Shown: positions 35,801 to 47,800 of the stretch, in pieces
Layout: every line of letters begins with the position of its first letter
Position numbering within the stretch: position 1 is the stretch's first letter
Source: Thraustochytrium aureum
Taxonomy: Eukaryota
DNA length: 53,221 nucleotides
Assembly: GCA_012862495.1 (NCBI GenBank)
Contig: BLSG01000079.1
Span: 1 to 53,221 of the forward strand
Direction of reading: 5' to 3'
The notes under the pieces: generated by a model
Databases searched by the model: none
Told to the model about the DNA's origin: nothing
What the model saw: the letters and a program-made list of their open reading frames with translations, nothing else
Made by a program: the position numbers and the translations under genes

Positions 35801-38800
35801 GCGCCCACAGTCGTGTCGTTTACTCCAACAAGCGGGATCCACTTGGGTGGCACAGTCCTTCGCGTCGATCTCGGCGCCGAGCTTCATCCAGCGGTGGAGG
35901 CCCTCGTTGTCGAGCCGTTATGCCGCTTTGAAAGCATTGCCGTCTTGGTGCCAGGCGAGATCAAAGGCCACCGCTACATTCTGTGCCGGACGCCAGTTGC
36001 GCGGCCCGGAGACACGACCTCGCTCCAAGTCAGCCTCAATGGAAAGGACTTTTCTTCGAGCGGAGGGATGTTCTCGTTTCGGGCTCCAGTCGTGATCTCT
36101 CAAGCCACACCATTGCTTGGTCCGTCCACTGGCGGTACCGACATCGTCGTGCGCGGGTCTGGCTTTCGGCGAGACAGCACCCTAACGTGCGACTTTGGCC
36201 GCGGCATGTTGTCGCCCGCTGAATGGCTTGGGCCAGAAGCGCTCCGTTGCGCAAGCCCGGCGTTTATTGAGCCGAGGAACGGGACCACGAAGTGGGTCTT
36301 GCTGAAAACCACTGGCGGGGCGGCTCGCCTTTCCGCTCTGGCCGGCGCGGCCTCGGAGCGCGCAGCCTGCTCCAGTGCAAGTGTCGAGCACGCCACGCAT
36401 GGAGGCGAGCGTGCCTATTACGACGGGACAATCTGGTACGGGCTCGCGTCGTTGACCGACTGCGCGTTGGACGTTTTGGCGTTCAAGAATGTGTCGATCG
36501 ACGGGAACCGCGACGAGGTCGTAGCGCTCCAGGAGCCGTTTGGGTTACTGAGCGTTACAACAAACGCGCAAGAGTTCTCAAACCCGATTGTGTACAGGTA
36601 CCACACACCGATTGTCGCTGCGAGCGCTTCTCCGCTGGAAGGAACCGCCGCAGGGGGCACGCTGGTCGCGATCGAGTTGTACGAGTCTCTCGACACAGAC
36701 GTCGCAGACTCTATCACATGCTGGTTTGGGGACAAGTCCGTGCCTCCCAAGGAGGTGATTGTCGAGAATGCCACTGTGGTCTGCCAGACGCCCGCGATGG
36801 GAGACACGGCTGCGTTCGAGGGGGACTGGGGTCAAGGAAACGGCGAGGTTATGGTTAGACTCTCTGCGAATGGCGGGGCAGACTTTGCACTCGGTACCTT
36901 CGCGTTCGAGTACCACGAGCAAGTCGTGCTTGCAGAACTCGTGCCACTTCACGGGCCGCTGAGCGGCGGCACAAAGATCACCATCCGAGGACTTGGGTTT
37001 GAGGCCCTGCAAGCTCAAAACGAGTTGTTCTGCTCGTTTGGAGCGGCGACGACAGCAGCGAGCGAGCTTTCGTCAACGGCAACGCACTCTGCCGCAAGGG
37101 TGCATTCCAGCACAGAGATAGAGTGCCTAACCCCTCCCGCGGACGCTTTCAAGGACGGCTTCGCGCGCGTGGATATCGCGTCAGGCAACCCCCCCATCCG
37201 AACCAGTGGCTCCGGGCTCAAGTACGTCTATGACACGGAGATCGTTGTCCGGTCCGTATTCCCTGCGCTTGGACCGAGCACCGGGGGAACAGAGGTCGTG
37301 GTTGTGGGCGGCCCGTTTCCGGAGACTCGCCGTGCCATGGGGCTGTTCAAGTGCAAGTTTGGGGATGCAGCTGTGAACGCGACTTGGTTGAGTCGCTCAG
37401 AGCTCACCTGCCAAGCCCCAGCCCTTGCCCCAGTGCCAACAATTGAAGAAATTCAGCTACCTGGCGCTGGGCCGCTTGCTCGGGTTGAGCGCATATCAGT
37501 TATGGCGGATCCGCCGTCGGACGAAGTCTTTGACCTGCGCTTCAAGGTCCTTGGACGCGAGGTTGAATCCGACGTCCAGAGAGTCATTCTTCGCCCCTCG
37601 CCGACGCTGCAGGCCGTGCAACGGATCATAGTGACTCGTGCACCTTCGAATCGGGCTGAGGTCCACACAATCAGCACCGCCGTGAACGCAGCCGCACGCG
37701 AGACCTACTCCATTTCGGTTAGCGCCGAGGATAGTGATGCCGACGCGCTGTACGAGCTCGTCATCGATGTAGATGCCAACGCGCTTGGGGCCGTCTCTGA
37801 GGTGCAGCGCATCGTCGTAGGAGCCGCAAACGGGCTCGCTGGATCCTTCGACCTCGGCATGCTAGGGGTGGGAGCAGGGACGCCATTGGCCTTCAACAGC
37901 CCAGCAGAAGCAGTTCGTGTTGCATTGGCCAGTGCATTTCCCTCCGTCGCGGCTGGCGTCACCGTTTCTGTGGACGCGCCGAATACCCACGACGATCTTC
38001 AGTATGCGTGGTTGGTCACCTTCCCCGCCGGCACAGATGTTCCACTTCTCTCAGTTGGCACAGCCAATCTTGCTGGAAACGCAAGTTTTGGTCTCGGTCA
38101 GGTCGTGGAGCGGGGCGGTGAAGCGGAGGTTCAAACTCTTGTCCTCACCATGAGCGAGACCAACGCCCTTCATGTCGAGCTTGGAGGAGCACGGTCTTCG
38201 ACGTTGCTGTCGATGGAGGACTTTTCCGATGCTGCTCGCGTCCTGCTCTGGATCGAGTCCGTTCCAACCTTGGGGAGCGGCGCAGTTCAGATTGCTTCAA
38301 ACCCGGCGCATTCTGACGCATCCCAAGCAGCTTGGGACGTAACGTTCAGTCGCGTGTGCGGCAACCAGCCTGAGCTTCTGGTTGTCGGCTCTTTGGCAGG
38401 CTCCGGGGTTGTGGCGGTGAAGAATGGAACAACCTCGTGCCTTGGGGGGGTGATCCAGCTTGACGCGAAGGCAGACGAGGGAGACTTTGATGGCCAGAGT
38501 TCTGCATCAGTGCAAGTTGATGTCGACGTGGCTCCTGCAACTGCCGATAAGGTTGTCGGAGATGCGTTTAAGCAAGCGTTTCCGCTGTTTGCCCGCGAGC
38601 GATTCGGCGCAAGCCTGGATCGAATCCAGAGCAGCCTGCAAGACAGCGGAACCCGTCGATTTGTGCTTCGAGTGCCCCAGCAGGTCAAGCTCTCCTTTGG
38701 GACGAATGCAACGGAGCTGCTCCAAGGCTCGCAGGTGCAGGTGTCGCTGAACAAGCTTAGTGTCCCCTCCCTTTCCGGCAGCTTTACGATCGGACTTCGG

Positions 38801-41800
38801 ACTGCCACTGCGGGTACACTCAGCGAAACTACGGTACTGGCAGCAGCGAGTTCAAGCGCGGCGGACGTCGAAGCGGCCCTCCGAAGCGCCATCCCTGGAC
38901 TCCCGCTCGGGGCCGTGCAAAAGGTTTCCGACACCCCGACAAACCAAAAGTGGCTCGTGGAGATGGAGGCCCTTTCGAAGACCACTTCGATACGCGCTAA
39001 ATTGGAGCCCGGTCCATCAACCGCTTTGACTGGGGCAACTCTAAGAGTTGACCTAGTTCAGCCGGGTACCGTCTTTGCGATTCACGGGATCGAAACGGAC
39101 ACCGTGTCAAGATCTGGCCGGCTGTCAGGTGTTTTCGGGCTCCAGTTTCCCGACACGCAAGAACGGGTTCGAGGTCTCCCGCACAACATCGGCCCAAGCG
39201 AACTTGAGGACCAGATCCATCTTCAAGCGCCGTCCATGGGCGCGGTCATCGTGTCGCGGCAGAACACCATTGCTACCGCGGAGCGAGCCGGTTTCCGGTG
39301 GGAAATCACGTTTGTGGAGCGAGCAGGCGATGTTGCGCTCGTCAGTATCGATGCATCTCAGCTCTTCTCCAATCTGCCGGGGGATTCGCCCGGCGTGGTT
39401 GCGGAGGACGTTCAAAAAGGGACGGGTGGCGATTTGAACGGTGTTTTCGCGATTCTGTGCCCAGGCTGTCACACAGAGCCGCGGCCCGTTCTGGTCCGTC
39501 ACAACGCCTCGGAGTCGGAGCTGCAGGTCGCCGTCAACGAGCTCCTCGCACAGGGTGGTAGCAGCGCTCTTGTGGCATCCGTTTCTCGACGCTCAACTTC
39601 GGTTTCGAATTCGGCGTATTCATGGGACGTAACTTTTGCGTCCGGCAAGAATGACACTCCGCCGCCCCGCCTCGAGGTTGACCGTGCGACGCTTGCAGGC
39701 TCTGGGGTGCGAGTTAGCCTCGAGCGACAAGTGGCAGCCAGCGTTGCAGAAATTCAGACGCTATCCGTCCCGCTCGGCGTGGCCGACGACTTGGGCTGCA
39801 GTCTGCAACTCGGGGCTCCGTTGGGAGCGGCCGACCTCGGCATCTCATACAGTTCTTCATCGTCCTTTGTGGAGGAGCAGTTTCGTCGGGCGACAGGGGA
39901 GCAAGTTAGCGTTTCGCGATCAGACACGAACGGAGAACGGACCTGGGCAATCACTTTCGTTGACCGTGTTGGGGACGTGCGTGATGATCTCATTCAATGC
40001 TTGGAGGTGCAAGCAACGGTGGTAGAGTCGGTACACGGAACAGGCGAGGCTCTCTCGGGACACTTTCAGCTTGTCTGGGGTAGCGAGGCAACTGTCCCGA
40101 TCGCGTTCGACGCCAGCGCAACCCAGCTCCAAGACGCGCTCCTCCCTGTTGTCGGACCAGTTGTTGTTTCTGAAGTCTCGGATTGGATCGATGTCAATGG
40201 CGGTCGAGCGTGGGACGTCACGATCTTTTCAGCCGATGATTTTGGCTTGGAGCCCTTGCCACTCGACCTCCTCGCAGGGAACAATGCTGTTCTCAAGGTT
40301 GTCGAGACGCAGCGGGCCACATGGCGAGGTGTCGCTGTTGGTCTGCAGTTTCAAGGGGTCAGCTTAGGAACTGTTGCTGCAGGCGCTTCTGCCCAAGTGG
40401 TTCAAGACCTTCTGGAGTCTAGCACATTTATAGACCGCGTGCAGGTGACGCAGACAGCCCCGAATAGCGTGGGAGAGCTCGTCTGGACGATTTCGTTTGT
40501 GCACTTCGAGAATGGACAATTCACGCAAAACCTTGGTGAGCTCCCCTTGCTTCAAGTCGAGAGCGTTGGCTCTGAAGACCTCGCAGTATTGGTGGAAAAG
40601 GTGACGAATGGGACTCTGCCTCCTGAAGGGTCCATTTCAGTTTGGTTTGCGGATTATCTGGGCAACGCAGAGTCAATTCAGGTCTCTGGGCCAAGCCTTG
40701 CCTCTGGTCAAGTGCGCTTGTCGCTGCAGGCAGCAATAGCCCGTCAGAGACCTGAACTAGACGTTGCCGAAATAGCAGTCAAGCAAACTGGGCCGGACGC
40801 GACTGGAAGGACGAATTGGGAAGTTCGGCTCCCACACGAGAAGGGCCCTTACCCATCGCGATCAACCTCGTCCAACTTCCCGGGCGATAACACGGTCGCG
40901 TTTGGAGCTGAGAGCATTGGCATTGCGCGCTCCCCGCTATCTGGGTATATCGCCATGACCTGGGACGCGGGGAGCTTGACCACGGCGAGCCTGCCATGGA
41001 ATGCAACCGCAGAAGAGGTGGAGGACGCCCTCGAGTCGCCCAGCTTGTCAGGCCTGCTCGATGTTGCCGTCACTCGTTCCACCGTGAACGACTACAGCGT
41101 TGAATGGCTCGTGACATTTTTGGACCACAACCTGGATGACAACCAAGGCCCGGCGCTCTTGGGCATCAACACCGAGGCACTCACTGGCTCGAGCAACCAC
41201 CAAGGCGCCGTGCAGGTCGTCACGCTCCCGCGATGGCACGAGTCGCAAACTGTTGAGCTCGTCACCGCCGCAGGGCAAACGCTTGCTGGAACCTTCCAAA
41301 TTGTCTTGCCTGACGACTGGTTTGCTGTTGGCCGCGCCGAGGCCCAATGGGTTCTGGCAGAAGATAGGACCGCCCCCTTGCCGTGGAACGCAAGCGCGTC
41401 ACATGTCTCGGATGCTATCAACGCGGTCACAAGGGCGCACAAGGTCCCTCAGCCCGCTGTTGAGGTGGTAGACGTCGCGGCCGGAAGCTGGCGCATAAAC
41501 TCGCTCACAATGCCAGGGAATCTCGCCGAACTTGGGCTGGACACTTCTGGCTTGGCCGGTCTTGCAAGAGCGGAAGTTCATGAAACTCGTGCAGGTACAA
41601 CTTCCGTGCTGTCAGGCAGCTTTTCCTTGACGGTCCGTGGTCCGTGTTTTGGGCAGGTGTGCAAACAGCAGACGACTCGCTCGATCAGCCATGACGCGTC
41701 CGAGGAAGACGTCCTCGAAGCTTTGGAGTCGTCTGGTGCCGAGTTGGGTCCAGTCCAAGTGCACTCCACGCCGGTAACAGAGCATGGAGCACGCGCTTGG

Positions 41801-44800
41801 CGCGTCACCTTCGCTTCAGGCATGCCGCTCGGGCACCTTGGGGTCGCAAGTGCCTCGGTGCAGGGGGCAGCTGGGCCAGTAGCCGTTCAACCCCTTCGCC
41901 AAGGCAACGCACGAAGCGTGGGGGGCGTCCCCGTCGAGGTCTCTGCGAATGGGGGCGCCACCTTTTCAAACTCACGGGGCAAGGCAGTGTTTGTCTACAA
42001 GCCTGTCATCAACGTGCTAGGTGTCTATCCCACGCACGGGCCTCTCGCTGGCGGGACAAATGTGGTCGTTGTCGGCGAGTACTTTTCGCGCGACGAAGGA
42101 TCGTCTTTGGCGTGCAAATTTGAGCACACCCGGGCAAGAGCAAGCCAAGCAAGCGCAGCAGGAAACGACGGTATTGTGGTCGACGCTGTTTTCGTAAACT
42201 CAACGATGATTGTCTGCCGCGCCCCGCCAAGCCCACGCCCTGGGGTGGCGCTGGTCAAAGTCGGTCATCGCGGCAGCGTGTTCTCGCCTGACTCGCTCGT
42301 TCGCTACACATATGACGAGAACATCGTGGTGACTTTGGTTGAGCCGCGCGAAGCTCCAATCCTGGACTCGGCGCCGGTGACGTTCAGGCTGTTTGGGACT
42401 GGCTTCCTACCCAGTGACGAGCTTCAGTGCCAGTTTGGGAGTTTCGTTCGCGTGCCTGGGCACTGGCTCAGTGGGTCCTCCATCGAGTGCACGGTTCCGA
42501 GTGGATCCTTCACAGAGCCTGCTCGGGTGGAGGTCAAGGTGACGAACAACGGGCAGGACATGGCAAGCGCCCAACTCGACGTCGTGCTCTTTGAGCCGCC
42601 AGTGGTCGAACGTATGTGGCCACAAGGTGGGCCTTTTGAGCGGCCTGGTACGCAGGTTGTGTTTCGCGGGAGCAAGTTTGCGAACACCACGGGGCTGTGC
42701 TGCCGGTTTGCTGGGTCCCTCGTAGTGCCCGCCGGTTTTGTCAGCAGTACTGAGATCTCGTGCAAGTCACCAGCGATACCATCAGTCGATCTGGTGCACC
42801 TCTCGCAGCTGGCTCACGCAGACGGAGAGGCGCTCTTTGCAGGCGCGCACGACTTCCCCCTGAGCACCGGGCGCCTCGTTGACGTCGAAGTGAGCAACAA
42901 CTGCGTGGACTTTCATGCAAGCGGATTCCGGTTCTTCTACTACGCAGACCTGAGCGTGCGGTCAGTTGTCCCAAGCAAGGGATACTCGTCGGGAGCGCTG
43001 GAAGTAGACCTTGTCGTCCTCGGAGAGGGGTTCTTGAACACGACGCTCCTAGTCTGCCGATTTGGGCTTACAGAGCACCGCGCAACGTTTCTTTCTCCTG
43101 AGGCGCTCATCTGCCACGTTCGCGCTTCACCGGAGGAGTCTATCGTTCTTGCCGGAGACGCGCTTGGGGATGGCCGAGCAGGCGTGCTGGGCGCGAGTGG
43201 CAAACACTTTGTTGTCGAGGTTTCTGCGAACGGTGGGGTCGACTTCTCGACTGGGTTTGCCACTTTCCACTATCTTGGTCCCTGCCCCGGCGGGTACTAT
43301 TGCCCAGACTGGCAGAACGTGCGCTTGTGCCCCCCTGGAGCTTTCTGCCCTGGCACTGGCAATTTCAACTTCACCCTGTGCGGACTGGGGACCTATCAGC
43401 CGAGCGCTGGCGCAGACGCCTGCCTGCGTTGCCCGATCGGCTATGCGTGCCCGGAGGAGGGTATGCACGTCCCTCGCATATGCCCCGCGGGGTATGTTTG
43501 CGACGTGACTGGGATTACGGAACCAAGAATGCCGTGTCCTGAAGGCCACTTTTGCCTCGAGGGCACAGCTACAACTGCGACGAGCTGTGGTGACCCGTCC
43601 GTTCTGAGCTCGGCCCTCACGCCCTCCAAGCGCTACGGAGAACTCGTGGGAACGATTCGCAAGAACCGCGTGCCGCAAGGAGGCGACCTCGTCCTGGGCT
43701 CGCGCAGCACGGCTTGCTGGAACAATGCAACCACTGACTTTGGCCTGCAGGTGTCAGAGTATCCGGCCCGATTTTGGATGGAGCGTCACCAGCTCCCGCT
43801 GGACCCCAGCGCTACACTCGTGCCTATTCGCGGCCGCTACTGTCTCGACGACCGGTGCATGCGGCTCGACGACGCCGCGGACATGCGGGTGACAGACTAC
43901 GCATTCGACTACCAGGCGTTCAACCTGCGGCGTCCTGTGCCTTGCCCTGCGGGCATGTACTGTGCCCCGGGCACAGCGGTGGACGCTGGCAACATGAAAA
44001 ACTTTAGCACGCCGCAACCTTGCTTTGAGAGCATGTACTGCCCTGAAGGTAGCGGGTCGCCGAGAGGGGTTGGTGGGTGCCCTGTGGGCTACTACTGCCC
44101 GTTTGGTGAGAAGCTCCCTTGCCCAGTAGGCACCTATTGCCCCCGCGCTGGGCTCGACCGCCCGCTTCCATGCCCACCGGCCACGTTCAACGCAATGGTG
44201 GGGCAGTCTCGCTGCTCCACGTGCCCAGCTGGGTACATTTGTCCAGGGTTTGGGCGTGTCTCACCGGCAATCTGCCCCGCCGGGTACATTTGCAGCGTGG
44301 ACGGGCTGAGCTCTGCGGATAACAGGTGTCCTGCTGGCTTCTACTGCCCAAACGGGACGCTCACCGCGGACCCGTTCCGAAACGACACAACGTTGAGGCC
44401 GTATCCGTGCCAGCCTGGCACGTATTGCATGGGGGGTGTCGGCTATGACGAGGTTCGCGAGGGCGACGTCTTGCATGCGCAAAGCTGCGCAGAGGGGTTT
44501 TACTGCGAAGCAGGATCAACTTCGCCGAAGGGGAGCGGGCTGTGCCCGAAGGGGTTCTACTGCCCGCGCAACACCGCCACGCCGATTCCCACCGAGCCAG
44601 GGACCTTTGCGGAAATGGAGGGAACCGTTCAAGCGGCAAAGTGTCTTCCAGGATACTATGCGCCGACGATCGAGACTGTGCAGTGCTACCCGTGCCCCGC
44701 GGGGACGCAATGCGTGAACGACGGGACCAGCGAGGCTCTTGTTTGCCCGCCCGGGACATACAAGACGATGACTGCCCCCGGCGAGAGCGTTGTGTGCCGT

Positions 44801-47800
44801 GGGTGCCCGGCAGGAACGTGGTCAAAGAATTGGGAGCTCCGGGACGCTTCTGAATGCACGCCGTGCCCGCCAGGAGTCACATGTCCTATGGATGGAATGA
44901 CATTCCCCTGCTCGCACATTGACTTGCCGCAGCCGTACTCGCCGACAGGGCTGGGCGAGTCGGAGTGGACCTGTCTCAACAAGGGGTCCAACTTTTTCTT
45001 TGGTTACATTCAATGCCCAGTCGATGACCGCGGCCGTGGCCCCAACTTTGCGCGTTCAAGCGACCCGCAAGGAACCGCTCGAACGATCACTTGTGAGGAC
45101 GGACTGCAGCGCACGGTCACGGCGCAGTGCTATCGCAATTCGCAGCCCGACGGGTCTAAGGTCTATCAGCGCTTCAAGGACTTCCACGGGCCGTTGTATG
45201 AGATCCAGTCGGGCGGTGTTTACCATCAAGGCTACGGAGACGAGACGTACGAAGGCCACTTTGGTCGCGGCTCACTCTTTATCGAGCACCCGGTCTCAGA
45301 GATGTTCTTGGCCTCGCGCAACTGCACGTCTGGGTATTTCAGCTACAATGCCTCACTTCGCACTGAGCTCTGGTACCCCGGCTCCTGTGAGGCCGACCTC
45401 ATTTGCGACTACGACGTCAAACCAGAGTCGCAGCCTTGCAGCGAGGGCCATGTGTGCTCCTCGAAAACCAACGCGATCACCGCACTCGATGTACAGTGTG
45501 ACGCAGGTTACACGTGCGACTTTGGGACGACGCACGACACAAGCCTCGAGTCCCCTCAGGGTCGGTTCAGGGACTTGTGCGATCCTGGCTACTACTGTGG
45601 GCGTGGAACGGGGCTTGGGCAAGCGCTCTCAAAGCCCTGCCCTCCGGGGTACTTTTGCCCCACCGGAACCGGGAATCCTTTTCTTGGCGTCATGGCCGGA
45701 GATTCGCTCCGCCGCGGCCTAGGCCGGGACACAAGCGACCCGTTTCGCGAGATGCTCTACGTGGCTAACTGGGACCCGGTTGGCTTTGAGCCGCGCAACA
45801 TCTCGGCTCACGACGATCGCTGCTTCAAGGGCATCAACGAGGAGCTCAAGTCAACGTTTTCGGTCAAGATAGATCCCGCAACTGGCGCCTACGACGGCGT
45901 CATTGCCGAGTCTGTTGCGAACGACCTGCTTTGCGGGCGCGACCACAAGTGGCGTCTGGTGGCTGACACGATCAATCGCCAGCGGTGCGACTGCGACACG
46001 TTCTTCGCGCGACTTGAGGTCGTTTACCTTCTGTGGCGCTGTTCCAAGTACGGCCTCGACTGCGGCCTGCTTGCCGACAGCAGCGACACAAGCGGGGAAG
46101 GAACGGGCAACGGGTCGCCGTTCGTTGTCACATTTTCGCACACCGCGAGCGAAGTGCTCTTCATCCAGTCTTTTGAACTATGCTTTATGGCGATCGACGC
46201 GGGCATCCAGTGTGGAAACAACACGGCTCTGTTGTTTGCCGGTACCGAAGAGACACCCGCGGCAGCTGCACCTCACGTTCAAGTGGACGAATCGTGCATT
46301 GGGAACCCTGACTGTTTTTGCACGACCGGCGAGAACGCGGGGCTTGCACAAGCTGAGGAGGACATGTGCCGTTTGTACAAGTTCCGCAACGACGGCGCAG
46401 GTCGCAAGCGGTCGCGCTCGTTCCTCTCGTTCGACGATCTCAAGTCGTTTGTGCTTAGCGCCGATGAGAACCTTGTCGAAGAGGACGACTCGGTGGCGCT
46501 CGGAAAGCGCCTTGCAGGCGCTCACGGCTACAGCGGCGACACCGCCTACGAGCCCTACCAAGGCGCCGTGGCGAGCCAGCTGAATGTGAAAATGAACTGC
46601 AAGGACACGAAGCGGTGCAACTACGTCGACCCGCTGTTGTTCGACCTCTGGAGCGCGGTGAAGCTCGTTGACGACTACGCAAACTTGACAGGAACGCTTC
46701 TCCAGCAAAACAGGCTGGACATGTGCGCCTGCCAGGACCTCAACCGGTGCCCCGATGGGACAGTCTCCGCCGGTGGTGCGCAGGACATCTACGACTGCGT
46801 CAAGACCGGCGAGGACATTTTGACCCGCTTCATGCCGGTAACGCCGTCCAACCCGATCATCAACATGGAGGGCTGGGAAGCGACTGTGCCGCTGAGCGAT
46901 CGCAAGATCGCTGATGACGAGCTTCCCTTGTTCGGGCCGTACCACGAATCGCAAGTCGCAGGTTTCGGAACGATTCCTCTCAAGGCGTGGGATGTGGCAG
47001 TCATCACCCTAGACTTGCGCGACGTGGTGCGCAACATGACCTACAACGCGCACTATCAGCTCTCGATCTATATCGACTGCAAGCCGTGCGTCGTTCGCTA
47101 CATCTGTCCGGATGAAGACGCTGCTGCTGCCGACCGCCCAGCGTGCTGCGACTGCAAGAGGCACGGCCTTCCGACTTTTTCGAGGACGACCACAAGGAGC
47201 CAGCGAATTACCCGGACAACAAGCATGCGCTCGTGCAGTTTTCGATAGCGCCGCTTCGCGACCTGGAAGCCGTTGTAGTGCTTGAGCTGGCGCATGGCCT
47301 GTATTACGGCCCATTCCACGACATAACGCCGGACAAGGGTGACATTGTTGTACATCGCCCGTCGCGAGCGAATTGGGGGGAGCGGGATCAGTTCCTCGCG
47401 TTCATCCAGCTGGAAGATTATGAGGAGCTCGACCTTCCGCTTAACCTTCCTTTGTCAATGCGCACTACGAGCTCGGCGAGACCGGCGGAGGGTTCTGCGG
47501 CTTATGAGGTCGAAAACGATGCGTTTGTGGATCGTATCGCCCGCGTCAACATCGGGGACCCGGGCTTCGGCACGCGCCCAAACGTCGGGTTCGATTCGAA
47601 CAGCAACTCGTCGGGCTTGTTGGCCCGAAGGCGGCAACGGGCCTTGCAAGACGCGTTTGTCGACGCCGGCTCGCTGGCAGGCGGCAACTCCTCTGATGGC
47701 GTCGCGGGCGGATTTGACGACGAAGTACTCGAGTACGTGGCTCGAGACCTGTCTTCAGTCCTTGCGCGCGACTCGGGTTGGTGGGATCTTGTTGACGGAC

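Larger units (their letters stand above)
17270..43280 (+). other. Tandem IPT/TIG (plexin/fibrocystin-type Ig) repeat array, ~60-65 units by manual count
   Basis: A unit of roughly 100 aa recurs: PxxGPxxGGTxVxVxGxxF...C.FG...A.F.S...I.C..P...V.VSxNGxDF...F.Y. Confidence 0.85.
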
